Below are positions 18,621 through 28,379 of a stretch of DNA of 64,000 nt, one piece after another. The DNA lies in contig JABHXU010000016.1 of the NCBI GenBank assembly GCA_018657065.1, positions 6,333 through 70,332 on the forward strand, read 5' to 3'. The stretch comes from an archaeon. GTDB taxonomy: Archaea > Nanobdellota > Nanobdellia > Woesearchaeales > GW2011-AR15. The notes below the pieces were generated by a model. The model saw only the letters and a list, made by a program, of their open reading frames with translations. It had not been told where the DNA came from and made no database searches. Made by a program: the position numbers and the translations under genes. Numbering within the stretch: position 1 is the stretch's first letter; the number at the start of each line of letters is the position of its first letter.

Positions 18621-19028
18621 TTAGATTACAGGTTTCATTCCTAGATTTTCTGAAAACCTAAGCATGTACCCATCTGGATCTAAAACAATGAATTCTTTGT
18701 TTCCTGTAAAGTCATTATTAACTCTATACTAATTCTCTTCAATTTCTTTGAAAAGAGGATAATTTTTTTCATTTAGTTTTTTAACCATTAATTCTACATT
18801 ATTTGACTTAATCTCAAAATTGATTCCTCTTCCAAAAGGCCTTTCCAATTTAGTTTGAGTCCACCAATCTTGGTTTTCTGAAAGCATTATTTGTGAACCT
18901 TGAAATGATAAAAAAACAAATTTATCTCTACTATATTCAATTTTAAACCCTAATAAATCAACATAAAATTTTAAGGATTCTTTGATATCTAGCACAACCA
19001 TTTCAGGAAGTAAGCTATTGAATTTCAT
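18621..19028 (-). pseudogene. VOC/glyoxalase-bleomycin-resistance-fold protein interrupted by one in-frame TAG at 18729..18731 (pseudogene, sequencing error or read-through)
   Basis: The 99-aa track ORF (MKFNSLLPEMVVLDIKESLKFYVDLLGFKIE...) stops at TAG. The same frame continues for 35 more codons, YRVNNDFTGNKEFIVLDPDGYMLRFSENLGMKPVI, to a TAA at 18621..18623. That tail is the canonical last beta-strand (DPDGxxxEx) of a VOC domain, so the full-length protein would be about 134 aa. Confidence 0.55.
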
Positions 19029-19046
19029 AAAAAGAAAAAAATTAAT

Positions 19047-19562
19047 TTAATTTATTAAAACTATGTTTTCAATTATTTCTAATTCTTTATTAAACATAAA
19101 TTCTGCATGTATTTTTTTATTATCTAAAATTAAGGGAGTCCAATAAGGTGCATCTGACCACATAGAATCAAAAGGTAATTCTTTTTTATTAAACCAACTT
19201 GGTTTCATTTCTTCACTCTCAATTATTTCTCCTTCCCAATTTTCTGTAATAAAAATATGAACTTTCTGATTCCATTTTTGAGGTTTTTCTACAAAAGGAA
19301 AATAAAAATTTAGTGTTCCTACTTTTTTAATATTTTTTACAACAACACCAATTTCTTCTTGTACTTCTCTAATTGCTGCTTGTTCAATTGTTTCACCTTC
19401 TTCAACTTTCCCACCAATTCCTAAATATTTTCCTTTTCCAAACCCTGTTTTTTTCATCCCTAAAAGTACTTGATTATCTTTTATGAGAAAACATAATGTC
19501 AAATTCCTAAGTTCATACGTTAAAGAATTTTTATAATCATAGATTTTTTTATTTTGATTCAT
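19047..19562 (-). CDS. NUDIX hydrolase
   Basis: A complete Nudix box is present: GGKVEEGETIEQAAIREVQEEIGV (G-x5-E-x7-REUxEExGU). Confidence 0.85.
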   Translation of the reverse strand: MNQNKKIYDYKNSLTYELRNLTLCFLIKDNQVLLGMKKTGFGKGKYLGIGGKVEEGETIEQAAIREVQEEIGVVVKNIKKVGTLNFYFPFVEKPQKWNQKVHIFITENWEGEIIESEEMKPSWFNKKELPFDSMWSDAPYWTPLILDNKKIHAEFMFNKELEIIENIVLIN

Positions 19563-19610
19563 AAATTGATAAGAATTTTTAGAATTTAATAATTTTTAGT
19601 TACATAATAA

Positions 19611-20186
19611 TTATTTATCAAATAATTTTTGAATCTTTAAAATATTTTTTTTATATTCTATTGATTCCTGTTCAATTTTTATAAATTCATTTTTTATTGA
19701 TTTATTTTCTTTTTCCAAAAGTATCTCTTCAACATCCTCTGAATTTAACTCTGTAATCACAGAACATTTTGGATCTGAATCATGTGGAATTATTTTTACC
19801 TTATTATTAAGAAGTCGTATACCATAAAAAGGATATATTTTACAAACACTCGGTCTAAACGCATATATCTCGCATTTATTGTCATTATTTAAGAAAATAC
19901 AATTTCCATTTTCTTTAATTTTTAATCTGAGAAGTCTATAATTACTATCTAACATATTGTATCTTAAAAACCCTTCAAGTGCTGGATCTCCTTTTTTTAA
20001 AAAACTAATAGTTTTTTTCGGTAATGGTGAATAATCTAAAAAATAACTATAATCTTTTTTAGTGTGTTTTTTAATTTCTTTTGCATTTTTTATGCTAACA
20101 AATGTAAATCCTTTATTATCCTTAAACTTACAACAATGAATTTCAGTTGGACAAACACTACAATGTTTTTTAAAATAATTTTTCAT
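19611..20186 (-). CDS. YkgJ-family (UPF0153) putative Fe-S/zinc-binding protein
   Basis: A Cys cluster CSVCPTEIHCC is followed later by GNCIFLNNDNKCEIYAFRPSVCKIYPF, the typical CxxCxxCC ... C-x-x-Y-x-x-R-P-x-x-C arrangement. Confidence 0.55.
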   Translation of the reverse strand: MKNYFKKHCSVCPTEIHCCKFKDNKGFTFVSIKNAKEIKKHTKKDYSYFLDYSPLPKKTISFLKKGDPALEGFLRYNMLDSNYRLLRLKIKENGNCIFLNNDNKCEIYAFRPSVCKIYPFYGIRLLNNKVKIIPHDSDPKCSVITELNSEDVEEILLEKENKSIKNEFIKIEQESIEYKKNILKIQKLFDK

Positions 20187-20193
20187 AATTTCC

Positions 20194-20799
20194 TCAAATA
20201 ATTCTATATTTATCTCCTTCTACTATAATTGCTTGATTGTCATCAATTTTTACAAATTCACAGTTTTTGTAATCTGCAATAATTTTGTTATATGTATCTT
20301 TATATTTCTCACTATAATGAGGAAGAACAATAAAATCCACTAAATTAAGTGCATCATAGGTTTCAAGTTCTGGTGCTAATTTTGGATCATCTAAAACTTT
20401 AACTGATTCAATACTTGGACAAACTAATACTGCACCTGCACTACCTCCACAATATATTACTCCTTTTTCTAAAAGCTCAATAATTATTTTATTTAATCCA
20501 CTTTTTAGTGTTTCTTGCAACAAATAAAATGTGTTTCCTCCTGCAACATATATCACATCAAAAGTTTCAAGCTCTTTTTTTAATTCACTATAATTTTTGT
20601 TTCTAATATCAATTTCAATTAAATTAAAACCCAATTCTTTCCATTTTTTTCTATCATCATCAATAAACCATTTATTTTCATAAAGATCTGCTGCATTAGC
20701 AATAAAAGCTACTTTAGTTTTACTAGGTTCTTTACCTAAAAATTTAACAAATTCACCCATTACATTAGGTGTAACTGAAGTTAAAAATAATTTTTTCAT
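20194..20799 (-). CDS. Peptidase S51 (dipeptidase E / cyanophycinase-like) family protein
   Basis: VIYVAGGNTFYLL and GVIYCGGSAGAVL together form the S51 Ser-nucleophile region (G-x-S-A-G-A). Confidence 0.75.
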   Translation of the reverse strand: MKKLFLTSVTPNVMGEFVKFLGKEPSKTKVAFIANAADLYENKWFIDDDRKKWKELGFNLIEIDIRNKNYSELKKELETFDVIYVAGGNTFYLLQETLKSGLNKIIIELLEKGVIYCGGSAGAVLVCPSIESVKVLDDPKLAPELETYDALNLVDFIVLPHYSEKYKDTYNKIIADYKNCEFVKIDDNQAIIVEGDKYRII

Positions 20800-20831
20800 A
20801 ATTTAAGAAATGTGGAACAAGTTTTTAATTA

Positions 20832-21746
20832 TTATGTAACAAGAATTCCGTAAAGCAAAAGAACACCTATTGAAATAGGAACAAACAAACTAGTCAAATT
20901 TGATAAATATTTTCTATCCTTATCTGGAACTAACGCTGGAAGTAACAATGAAGAAGGTGCTAATGCAAACACCATTAATGCGTGTTTGTAATCTGTTGAT
21001 AATCCAAGTTTTACTAAAACTAAATTAAATAATATAATTGAAAAAGATGTAGCAAATAAGTATCTAACAAAAATTAATTTAATTGGATCAATAAAATCTT
21101 TTATTTTAAATTCTAAATCTATTCCTATTGAAAGAGCAATTAATGTCACCATTGGAATACTTAGTAATGTTAAAGTTTCAAGTGCTATTTTATAGATAAA
21201 GAATTCTTGTATCAAAGTATGAATTCCTAGTAAATTTAAACCTAAACCTAAAAACATTGCAATGAGTATTGGTGCACTATCAAGTAATGCGTCTTTAATT
21301 GATTTATCATTATGTTTAGATAATAAAACCATTATAACTGTAAAAAAGAAAATCGCATTTCCTAGATCAATTAATGCAACCATAAATATTTTTTCAACAC
21401 CAAATAACATTGTAAATATTGGATAAGCAATCATACCTCCTTCAAAAGTTGTCATTGAAAATTTAAAATAATCATTTTTAATTTTCAGAATTTTTGACAA
21501 AATATGTCCAATAAAAAGGAGCATACCTGCAAGTAAAAAACCTACTACAGGTAAAATAATTAACCTGGTTTCAAATTTTACACCTAAAAAAGCAATAAAT
21601 AAAAACGCTGGTAAAATTAATCTAAAAACTAAATTATTAATTGACTTTATTGTTTGATGGTTAAAATGACCTTTTTTCTTAAAAAAATATCCAATTAAGA
21701 TTAAAGCAATTGTGGCAAACGATTTTATTAAAGAATTTAATTCCAT
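20832..21746 (-). CDS. Auxin-efflux-carrier (AEC/Mem_trans) family transporter
   Basis: The 304-aa protein has about 10 TM helices with an AEC-like N-terminus (IALILIGYFFKKKGHFNHQTIKSINNLVFRLILPAFLF). Confidence 0.5.
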   Translation of the reverse strand: MELNSLIKSFATIALILIGYFFKKKGHFNHQTIKSINNLVFRLILPAFLFIAFLGVKFETRLIILPVVGFLLAGMLLFIGHILSKILKIKNDYFKFSMTTFEGGMIAYPIFTMLFGVEKIFMVALIDLGNAIFFFTVIMVLLSKHNDKSIKDALLDSAPILIAMFLGLGLNLLGIHTLIQEFFIYKIALETLTLLSIPMVTLIALSIGIDLEFKIKDFIDPIKLIFVRYLFATSFSIILFNLVLVKLGLSTDYKHALMVFALAPSSLLLPALVPDKDRKYLSNLTSLFVPISIGVLLLYGILVT

Positions 21747-21800
21747 TAAAAATAACCGAGTTAAATTGGTATATAAGTTTTTTGGGAAAAATAAAAAAAA

Positions 21801-22868
21801 TTAAATTTTTTTGAGTCTGTTTCCTAGTTTTCTTACAGACCACCAATTTCCTAAAGTAATCCTAGTGTAGCTTAAGCTTTCATTGTTGCTATCTTTAATC
21901 CATGGATGTGGTGAAGTCTTAATTCCATGTGTCATTAAATAGTCTCCTAAGTCAAAGCTAGTGCCTCTAATTAAAGCAATATTTGTTTTACTGTTTCTAA
22001 CCATTTCAAGATTAAAATTACTATCAACAATTGATTCAATAAATTGTTGTTTTTTTCTAGCTCCTTTTATTGCTCTATTTAGTTTGTAAGGATTTTTTAA
22101 TGATCTTATAGCTACACTTTCACCACTAGGTGTAAAAGGAAGTCTATAATCTTCTATTTGTTTTGCAATTCCTTTACTCGAAATTCCATAGCCTAGTCTA
22201 CATTTTCCTGCAAGTCCTCTTGCTTTAGACATTGTAAAAAGTGCTAACACATTTTCATTCTCAGATGCAATTTTTGCAACCTCATTTACATAATCTACAC
22301 CTGCAAATTCACCATATGCCATATCCAGCACTAAAAAATGTCTTTCTTGTGCTCTATCTACTAATTGACTAATGTACTCTAAAGAAAGCACTTGACCAGT
22401 TGGATTATTTGAAGTTGAAATCATTACAATTTTTTGCTCTTCATTCATATGTTCAAGTATACCTTCAATAGTACTATCATCAAATTCAAAATTATTATTA
22501 TTACTCCTAGATACATCATGTATTTCTCTATTGTATCTAATTCCTAGTTCTTTAAATCTAGGAAACTCTGGTGAAGAAATAACAATATCTCCAACAAAAA
22601 TTTGAGGTAATATTTCTAGAGTTGAATCTATACCTGATCCAATACTAATTTGATTTATATTAACATCTAAATATTTACTAACTTCATTCTTAAACCTAGT
22701 AAAATTTGGATCAGAGTATCTACTAGATCTATTTTCTGGATTAAGTACACCTAAACTTAAATCCGACTTTACTTTTTTTTGTTCAGATTTATGAACATAC
22801 GATTCAAAAGATTCTTCGTTAAATCGTTGCATTCCTATTGTTAATTCTAGTTCTTTCATTATTCTCAC
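21801..22868 (-). CDS. Class I/II (HisC-like) pyridoxal-phosphate aminotransferase
   Basis: ISTSNNPTGQVLS, LVLDMAYGEFAG and FTMSKARGLAGKCRLGYG match the S-K-x-x-x-L-x-G-x-R-x-G-Y PLP-lysine motif. Confidence 0.75.
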   Translation of the reverse strand: MRIMKELELTIGMQRFNEESFESYVHKSEQKKVKSDLSLGVLNPENRSSRYSDPNFTRFKNEVSKYLDVNINQISIGSGIDSTLEILPQIFVGDIVISSPEFPRFKELGIRYNREIHDVSRSNNNNFEFDDSTIEGILEHMNEEQKIVMISTSNNPTGQVLSLEYISQLVDRAQERHFLVLDMAYGEFAGVDYVNEVAKIASENENVLALFTMSKARGLAGKCRLGYGISSKGIAKQIEDYRLPFTPSGESVAIRSLKNPYKLNRAIKGARKKQQFIESIVDSNFNLEMVRNSKTNIALIRGTSFDLGDYLMTHGIKTSPHPWIKDSNNESLSYTRITLGNWWSVRKLGNRLKKI

Positions 22869-23157
22869 CTCATTATTTTTTTATAGAGCTCTCTAGAAGG
22901 ATACGAACCAACATCTCCCAGAATACGTGCTGGTTATTTTACTGTAAACTGCACAGAGAAATTAAGTAAGTCAAATATATCAATGAAAATTAGACTGCAA
23001 TCAAATAATCAATTAATTTTAATTTGAAAACAGACTAATTTAGAAATAATAATAACTAGATAAAATAAATACAGAACTTGAACTTATATTATGTTTCATA
23101 GAATAGTATTATGTGTTCAAAGTATTTAAATGTTTCGTTACTTAATAGTGAAAACAA

Positions 23158-23385
23158 TTATTCAAGTAAAGAAACACAACAAACCATATCAGGTTCTTGG
23201 CAAGTCATTCCCCTCATAGTTGTCCAACTACTAAGTCTCATACATGTGTCTTCAAGCATGCATGTTCCTCCATTCGCTTCACATGATCTAGAATTATCAC
23301 TAAATGTTTTAAGTTTAGGTTGGCAACCCGTCATTAAGAACAAAACAACAATTAACCCAATTATAAAAATAATTTTTGTTTTCAT
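23158..23385 (-). CDS. Small Cys-rich secreted lipoprotein (75 aa, 8 Cys), unknown function
   Basis: The sequence is MKTKIIFIIGLIVVLFLMTGCQPK... with a lipobox, followed by a mature region of about 50 aa containing 7 further Cys (defensin-/toxin-like spacing). The overlapping plus-strand ORF at 23111..23395 is its shadow. Confidence 0.45.
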   Translation of the reverse strand: MKTKIIFIIGLIVVLFLMTGCQPKLKTFSDNSRSCEANGGTCMLEDTCMRLSSWTTMRGMTCQEPDMVCCVSLLE

Positions 23386-23469
23386 AATTAATTAAACAAC
23401 AGTTTAAATTAAATAGTTTTCTCTTTAAAATTAAAAAAATATAAATATGCATACATACAAATTATAAAA

Positions 23470-23631
23470 ATGACAAAAACAAAAAACGAAGACAGATCTG
23501 GTTTATTTATTCCTGCTGGATTAATGATTGGTATGGGTGTAGGATTTTATACAAACCAACTTGTTGGTGGTTTATTTATTGGACTTGGTCTAGGATTTCT
23601 TTGTATGGCAATTGCAAAACCAAAAAGATAG
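23470..23631 (+). CDS. Small membrane protein (53 aa)
   Basis: MTKTKNEDRSGLFIPAGLMIGMGVGFYTNQLVGGLFIGLGLGFLCMAIAKPKR. It has two Gly-rich hydrophobic helices and falls below the track's size cutoff. Confidence 0.3.
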   Translation: MTKTKNEDRSGLFIPAGLMIGMGVGFYTNQLVGGLFIGLGLGFLCMAIAKPKR

Positions 23632-23702
23632 AAATTCAACTTGGTTCTTATTATTTTTTTTTCTAAATAATTATATACTTAGAACTCTATTTTATTGTTG
23701 AG

Positions 23703-23921
23703 GTGGTTCATTTGAACTTTTTTGATAGAGTTGAAAACTTAGGTAAAAAAATGAAATGGTATGATTTTTCACTTCTAAAAGGAACTGTATTTTTTGCTAC
23801 ACTATGTTTAATTACTGCTTGGCCAACATTTAAAGATCTAATTTTTTTAGTTGATTGGTATTGGTATTTGATATTATTTATAGTGTTTTCAGCTCCATTG
23901 TTTAAAAAAATGTATTCTTAA
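23703..23921 (+). CDS. Small membrane protein (72 aa)
   Basis: Hydrophobic ORF; weak evidence only. Confidence 0.25.
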   Translation: MVHLNFFDRVENLGKKMKWYDFSLLKGTVFFATLCLITAWPTFKDLIFLVDWYWYLILFIVFSAPLFKKMYS

Positions 23922-23978
23922 TTTTTTATTTATTCTAAATCAAAAAATATATATAACAATGATTCTCTAAATGCTAAT

Positions 23979-24479
23979 ATGAATAAACCTCTATTATCAT
24001 TAAAACCAAGTTTTTTTAATGCATTAATTCCTATGTTTGTTAAAAATTTAATTTATTCAGGAATTATTACAGTTGTTTTATATGGTCTTAGTTTTGTTCT
24101 AGAATTTCTAAATATTTTAAATCCAATTTCAAATAAAATATTTTTAGCAATTGTAATTTTAGTTGCTCTAGCAGTTCTTCCTCTTATTATTAGTGTAATA
24201 ATTTTAGCTAATAGTAATTATTATTTTTATAAAACACATGTTGAAAGTGAGTTTGAATTTTTTATAATTAAAAAACATTCAACACCATATAATCAAATAA
24301 CAAATATTTCAACTGATATTTCTATTTGGGATAGAATTTGTAGAGCTGGAGATATCACATTATATACTGCAGAAGATAATGTTAAAAATTTAACATTAAA
24401 ATACATTGAAAATCCTCAAAAAATTGAACAAGAGATTTATTCAATTATGAAATCAAATTCTAATCAAAAAACCAAATAA
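23979..24479 (+). CDS. Membrane protein with bacterial PH (bPH_2/YdbS-YdbT-like) domain
   Basis: Two N-terminal TM helices are followed by FFIIKKHSTPYNQITNISTDISIWDRICRAGDITLYTAED, which matches the bPH_2 pattern. Confidence 0.5.
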   Translation: MNKPLLSLKPSFFNALIPMFVKNLIYSGIITVVLYGLSFVLEFLNILNPISNKIFLAIVILVALAVLPLIISVIILANSNYYFYKTHVESEFEFFIIKKHSTPYNQITNISTDISIWDRICRAGDITLYTAEDNVKNLTLKYIENPQKIEQEIYSIMKSNSNQKTK

Positions 24480-24484
24480 TTTTC

Positions 24485-25810
24485 TTACTCATTTACTAAT
24501 AAACCCTTCCAAAGTTGAATAGTAGATTTAATTTTTAGTATTAATTCAGTAAATGATTTTGTATTTAATAAATGTCTAAAAATATATCCTAGTCTTAAAT
24601 AAAATTTTCTAAAAGCATAATTATGTAATTTATTTAATTCTTCTTTTGAAATCTTTGTTTGTTTTTCATTTAAAATATTTGTTTTTGGATAATTAATTAA
24701 TACATCAAAAGAAGCATACCGAGGATCTAATTCAATTGCAAAATTAATTGTCTTTAAAATATCCTTTCTTGTTTCTCCTGGGTTTCCAATCATAAAATGA
24801 CACAAGGTATCTATTCCAATTTTTTTACAATTTTCTACTGTTTGTTTAACTTGCTTAATTGTTGTTCCTTTTTTTAACAAATTAAGCATATTTTGATTTG
24901 AAGATTCAACTCCAAATTTTAATAAATGACATCCTGCTTTTTTCATTATTTTTAATAATTCAAAATCAACAGTATCAACTCTTGAATTACCTATCCATGA
25001 AATTTCTATTTTTTCTTTAATTATTTTCTCACATAATTCTTTTATGTATTTTTTATCCAATGTTAAATTTTCATCTCTAAAAAATATTTCTTTATACCCT
25101 AATTCTTTAATCTGTTTGATCTCTTTAATAACTATATTTATTGATCTTTTTCTAAATGTTTTTCCATACAAACTAGGAACTGTACAAAAAGTGCAACTAT
25201 AAGGACATCCTCTAGTAATTGTCATAGAGGTATAAGGTAAGTTTCTAGCTAAAGGATTAAAATATTTATTATCAAACTCAAGATTTCTTTTCGGAATTGG
25301 AACTTTATCTAAGTTTTTAATTTGAGCTTTCTCTTCAGAAATATGATTTTTTAAACAAACACCATTTATTTTTTTTAATTTATCATATTCATTAATATTT
25401 TTAACAACTTTTTGAATTATTTCTTCAGGTTCTCCTTTAATTGCAAAATCAATAACTCCTGATTTTAATGTGTCGTTAGGCAAAATCGTTGAATGTTGTC
25501 CAAAAGCTATAATTTTACATGAAATTTTTTGTTTAAGTTTTTTTAAAAATAAATGATCTTCTTGAAATGTATAAGTACCAATATTCACAATAATAATTTT
25601 TGGTTTTTCTTTAATTAGAATATTTATTGCTTTCTCACTAGTTCTTTTTGATAAATCGAATATTTTTGAATTAGAAATCAAAGTATTTAATTGTCTTAAA
25701 TATAAAGGTGGCCAGGAATAATTAATAAATTTTTTTTTATGCCAACACCCGTAATATGTATCTCTAATAAATCCCTCTGCATTAGGTGGAACTAAAAGAA
25801 TTATTGACAT
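24485..25810 (-). CDS. B12-binding-domain radical SAM enzyme (class B rSAM)
   Basis: An N-terminal Rossmann-like B12-binding region (KPKIIIVNIGTYTF...IIAFGQHST) is followed by the radical SAM core with the CxxxCxxC motif TRGCPYSCTFCTVP. Confidence 0.8.
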   Translation of the reverse strand: MSIILLVPPNAEGFIRDTYYGCWHKKKFINYSWPPLYLRQLNTLISNSKIFDLSKRTSEKAINILIKEKPKIIIVNIGTYTFQEDHLFLKKLKQKISCKIIAFGQHSTILPNDTLKSGVIDFAIKGEPEEIIQKVVKNINEYDKLKKINGVCLKNHISEEKAQIKNLDKVPIPKRNLEFDNKYFNPLARNLPYTSMTITRGCPYSCTFCTVPSLYGKTFRKRSINIVIKEIKQIKELGYKEIFFRDENLTLDKKYIKELCEKIIKEKIEISWIGNSRVDTVDFELLKIMKKAGCHLLKFGVESSNQNMLNLLKKGTTIKQVKQTVENCKKIGIDTLCHFMIGNPGETRKDILKTINFAIELDPRYASFDVLINYPKTNILNEKQTKISKEELNKLHNYAFRKFYLRLGYIFRHLLNTKSFTELILKIKSTIQLWKGLLVNE

Positions 25811-25888
25811 GATATTTTATATTCAAAGAATATATTTAAAGATTGCTTAAGCAAAATTTATATTAAGATTCTTTATTTAGTATATCTT

Positions 25889-28057
25889 ATGTTAATGTGG
25901 TTAAACTTAATTCTCTTAATTTTTTTAGGCTATTTATTTTCAATTTTAATTTTTAATAAATTAAATTTTAAAGAACTATTTGGATTCACTCTTTTGTTTG
26001 CAATCAGTTTATCTTCATTAGTTCTAGCAAATTTAATTTTCTTTCTTAATCTTAGCTCTAATCCTTATTTACTATTAGAAATAAATTTTATCTTAATTTC
26101 GTTGGTTTTATTTTTAATGTATAAAAAACAAATTAATATTTATATTCCCAAATTTAAAAAAACAGATTTGGTTTTTTCTTTATTTATCCTCATTATTGTT
26201 ATCTTTTCATTTTTTTATTATAATAATTCTGTTTATCATCTTTCATTAACTTCGTATTTAGAAAAAGGTGAGACAAATTGTTTTTACATGTTAGCTTTTG
26301 CACTTCAACCTTCTTTAGAAGATAAATTAGCTACAAAAACACCTTATGACATATTATCAACTCCTGGAAATTCTGTTTTTGTGTCTCCAATGCACTTATT
26401 TTTTGACTATAACACTTTCAAATATATCTATATTATATTTCAAGTCCTACTTTTTATTTTTACATATTTAATAATAAAATTTTTAACAAAAAGTTCTTTT
26501 TTTTCTTATATTACTTCACTATTTGCAATTTTTAATCCTTATATTCTTTCAATTGAAGTTCTTGATAGAAATGTTATGGCTTTAGTAGTTAGTACTATTC
26601 TATTTTTTTCTATATTCAAATATAAAAAAAAGTATTTCTTACATGGTCTTTTATACGGACTAGTGTCAGGTTTAGGATTAAGATTTCTTCCACTTGTTTT
26701 TATAATTCCAATTTTTATTTTATATTTTAAAGAAAAAACAAAAGTATGGAATTATCTGTTTTTTATTATAATTGCAGTTCTTTGTTTTGCTTACAATTTT
26801 CCTCATTTAAATTATCATGGACTTAACACATTAGGTGAATCAAAAAGCTATTTTTCTCTGGCTATTTTTGCTTTTACAAAATGGCTAAGAACTCCTTTTG
26901 TTCCATATCCTAATTTATTTTATATTTTAATTCAAATCATAAGTTATTTTGGCTATTTTATATCCTCAATAGTAATTTTGGGGTTTATTAGATTATTTAA
27001 AAAATCAAAAATAAACACTCTAATTTATTCACTAATTTTTCTAATTCCTTTTTTTACTCTTACAATTCAAAGAGATTTTATTGAAATGCCAAAAAATCGA
27101 ATAATCTTAATGAGTTTTCTTCCAATATTTATTTGGTTTTCTTTTGGATTAATTTCACTCACCCAGGCATTTAGATTTATAAGATTTAGAAAAAACATTA
27201 TTTATTTTAGTATAATATTCTTTATTTTATTTGGTTTTATTAATGTAGTTAAACAAATTAATTTTTCAGAAGAAAATGAATTTTACAATAGAAAATTTCT
27301 ATATCAAAAAGAAACTAATTCTTACTATAATTTTCAAAAACAACAATTAAGCAAAATCAAACTCTTTCCTTATTTTAAAAGACTTGGAAATAAAATCAAA
27401 TTTCCAAGAAAAAAACTTGAGGAAAAAGCAGTTATTTATAATTTAATTCAAAGAAAAAGTTTATCAAATTTTTATCAAGAAAAAAATTATGATTTTAATA
27501 TTCAAAAACCTATAGAAACTAATGATGAATATGTGAAAGTCTCAATAAATTTTGATAATCTTGTAACAAATCTAAGCAATGCTATTAAATTTTCTAGAGA
27601 AAATAATTTATTTATTGATTTTGAAAACAAAGAAGAGTTAATTGATGTATATTATAAAGAATTTAATATTTCATGGCAAAATGAAAAATTACCTTTAACC
27701 GTCTTTACTAAACACTCAGATTCAATATTTTTAAATGAAATATATTTAGATCTAAATTCATTTATTAGTTACAGCAAAGATGAATTTGGTTTTCATAAAA
27801 TAAATTCCATTAATTACAATTTTTATCCTGAATCTAAAGATTTTGCATTAAAGTCTTCAATGTCCGCTCTTCCTTCTCTTGATAATTCAAATTCTGTTAC
27901 TTTAAATATTCCTAGAAACCACAAAATAATTATTCGAAATTGGTTTATAAATGGTGCAAATGCTCAAGCCTTTAAAATTGATTCATGGGTTATTGATGTT
28001 AGTAAAGACGAACCATCTATCCAATTCTTATATAATGAACCTGAAAGTTATATTTAG
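25889..28057 (+). CDS. Large polytopic membrane protein (about 13 TM plus 260-aa extracytoplasmic C-terminal domain), GT-C-fold glycosyltransferase-like
   Basis: 722 aa. The N-terminal 460 residues are dominated by hydrophobic helices separated by short loops. The architecture (many TM helices plus a soluble C-terminal domain) is that of PMT/ArnT/AglB-type GT-C enzymes. No WWDYG motif is present. Confidence 0.45.
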   Translation: MLMWLNLILLIFLGYLFSILIFNKLNFKELFGFTLLFAISLSSLVLANLIFFLNLSSNPYLLLEINFILISLVLFLMYKKQINIYIPKFKKTDLVFSLFILIIVIFSFFYYNNSVYHLSLTSYLEKGETNCFYMLAFALQPSLEDKLATKTPYDILSTPGNSVFVSPMHLFFDYNTFKYIYIIFQVLLFIFTYLIIKFLTKSSFFSYITSLFAIFNPYILSIEVLDRNVMALVVSTILFFSIFKYKKKYFLHGLLYGLVSGLGLRFLPLVFIIPIFILYFKEKTKVWNYLFFIIIAVLCFAYNFPHLNYHGLNTLGESKSYFSLAIFAFTKWLRTPFVPYPNLFYILIQIISYFGYFISSIVILGFIRLFKKSKINTLIYSLIFLIPFFTLTIQRDFIEMPKNRIILMSFLPIFIWFSFGLISLTQAFRFIRFRKNIIYFSIIFFILFGFINVVKQINFSEENEFYNRKFLYQKETNSYYNFQKQQLSKIKLFPYFKRLGNKIKFPRKKLEEKAVIYNLIQRKSLSNFYQEKNYDFNIQKPIETNDEYVKVSINFDNLVTNLSNAIKFSRENNLFIDFENKEELIDVYYKEFNISWQNEKLPLTVFTKHSDSIFLNEIYLDLNSFISYSKDEFGFHKINSINYNFYPESKDFALKSSMSALPSLDNSNSVTLNIPRNHKIIIRNWFINGANAQAFKIDSWVIDVSKDEPSIQFLYNEPESYI

Positions 28058-28178
28058 AAAACTTAATAAACTCTCGTCTATTTAAAGAGAGTGGGGGAAA
28101 TAATGGATACAGCTCAAGCTCTTATTTATACGCATATCCCGTACCTATTTGTTCTTATTTACATTATCTATGAGATAA

Positions 28179-28379
28179 TTGCAATTAGAACATTATTTGT
28201 TAAAATTAGAAAAAAGGTGGAAAAATATGATTAGTACAACATGGTCAATTATTCTAACTCAAATACCTATAGCCATAGCAATTGTGTACGCTGTAATTGA
28301 AGTTAGGAAAACAAAAAAAGAATTATTAAGAATATTAGACAAATTAGCTGATAAGGTTAATGAAAAAAACAAAAAATGA
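28179..28379 (+). CDS. Small membrane peptide(s) upstream of the carbamoyltransferase (the true start is probably the ATG at 28227: MISTTWSIILTQIPIAIAIVYAVIEV...; a second 42-aa hydrophobic ORF lies at 28104..28232)
   Basis: Hydrophobic mini-ORFs. The stop overlaps the next gene's ATG (ATGA). Confidence 0.3.
   Translation: MQLEHYLLKLEKRWKNMISTTWSIILTQIPIAIAIVYAVIEVRKTKKELLRILDKLADKVNEKNKK

Noticed and set aside
6259-19028. Genome-wide reassignment of UAG to a sense codon (Pyl-like or alternative code)
   Set aside because: TAG terminates at least one well-defined gene, followed immediately by a terminator (13927..13965), and most genes end with TAA. Two interrupted genes are insufficient evidence. 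The observation is kept as a finding about possible read-through or pseudogenes rather than a code change.
22880-22965. Possible tRNA in the 600-nt gene-poor region: the minus strand contains GGTTCGTATCC (a T-loop-like GTTCG motif, 22899..22909) in a locally GC-richer patch
   Set aside because: I could not build a cloverleaf. The putative T-stem arms (gttgg / ccttc) and the acceptor arms do not pair, and no D-arm or anticodon arm is evident. It could be a tRNA remnant or half, but it is not supportable without tRNAscan/Infernal.
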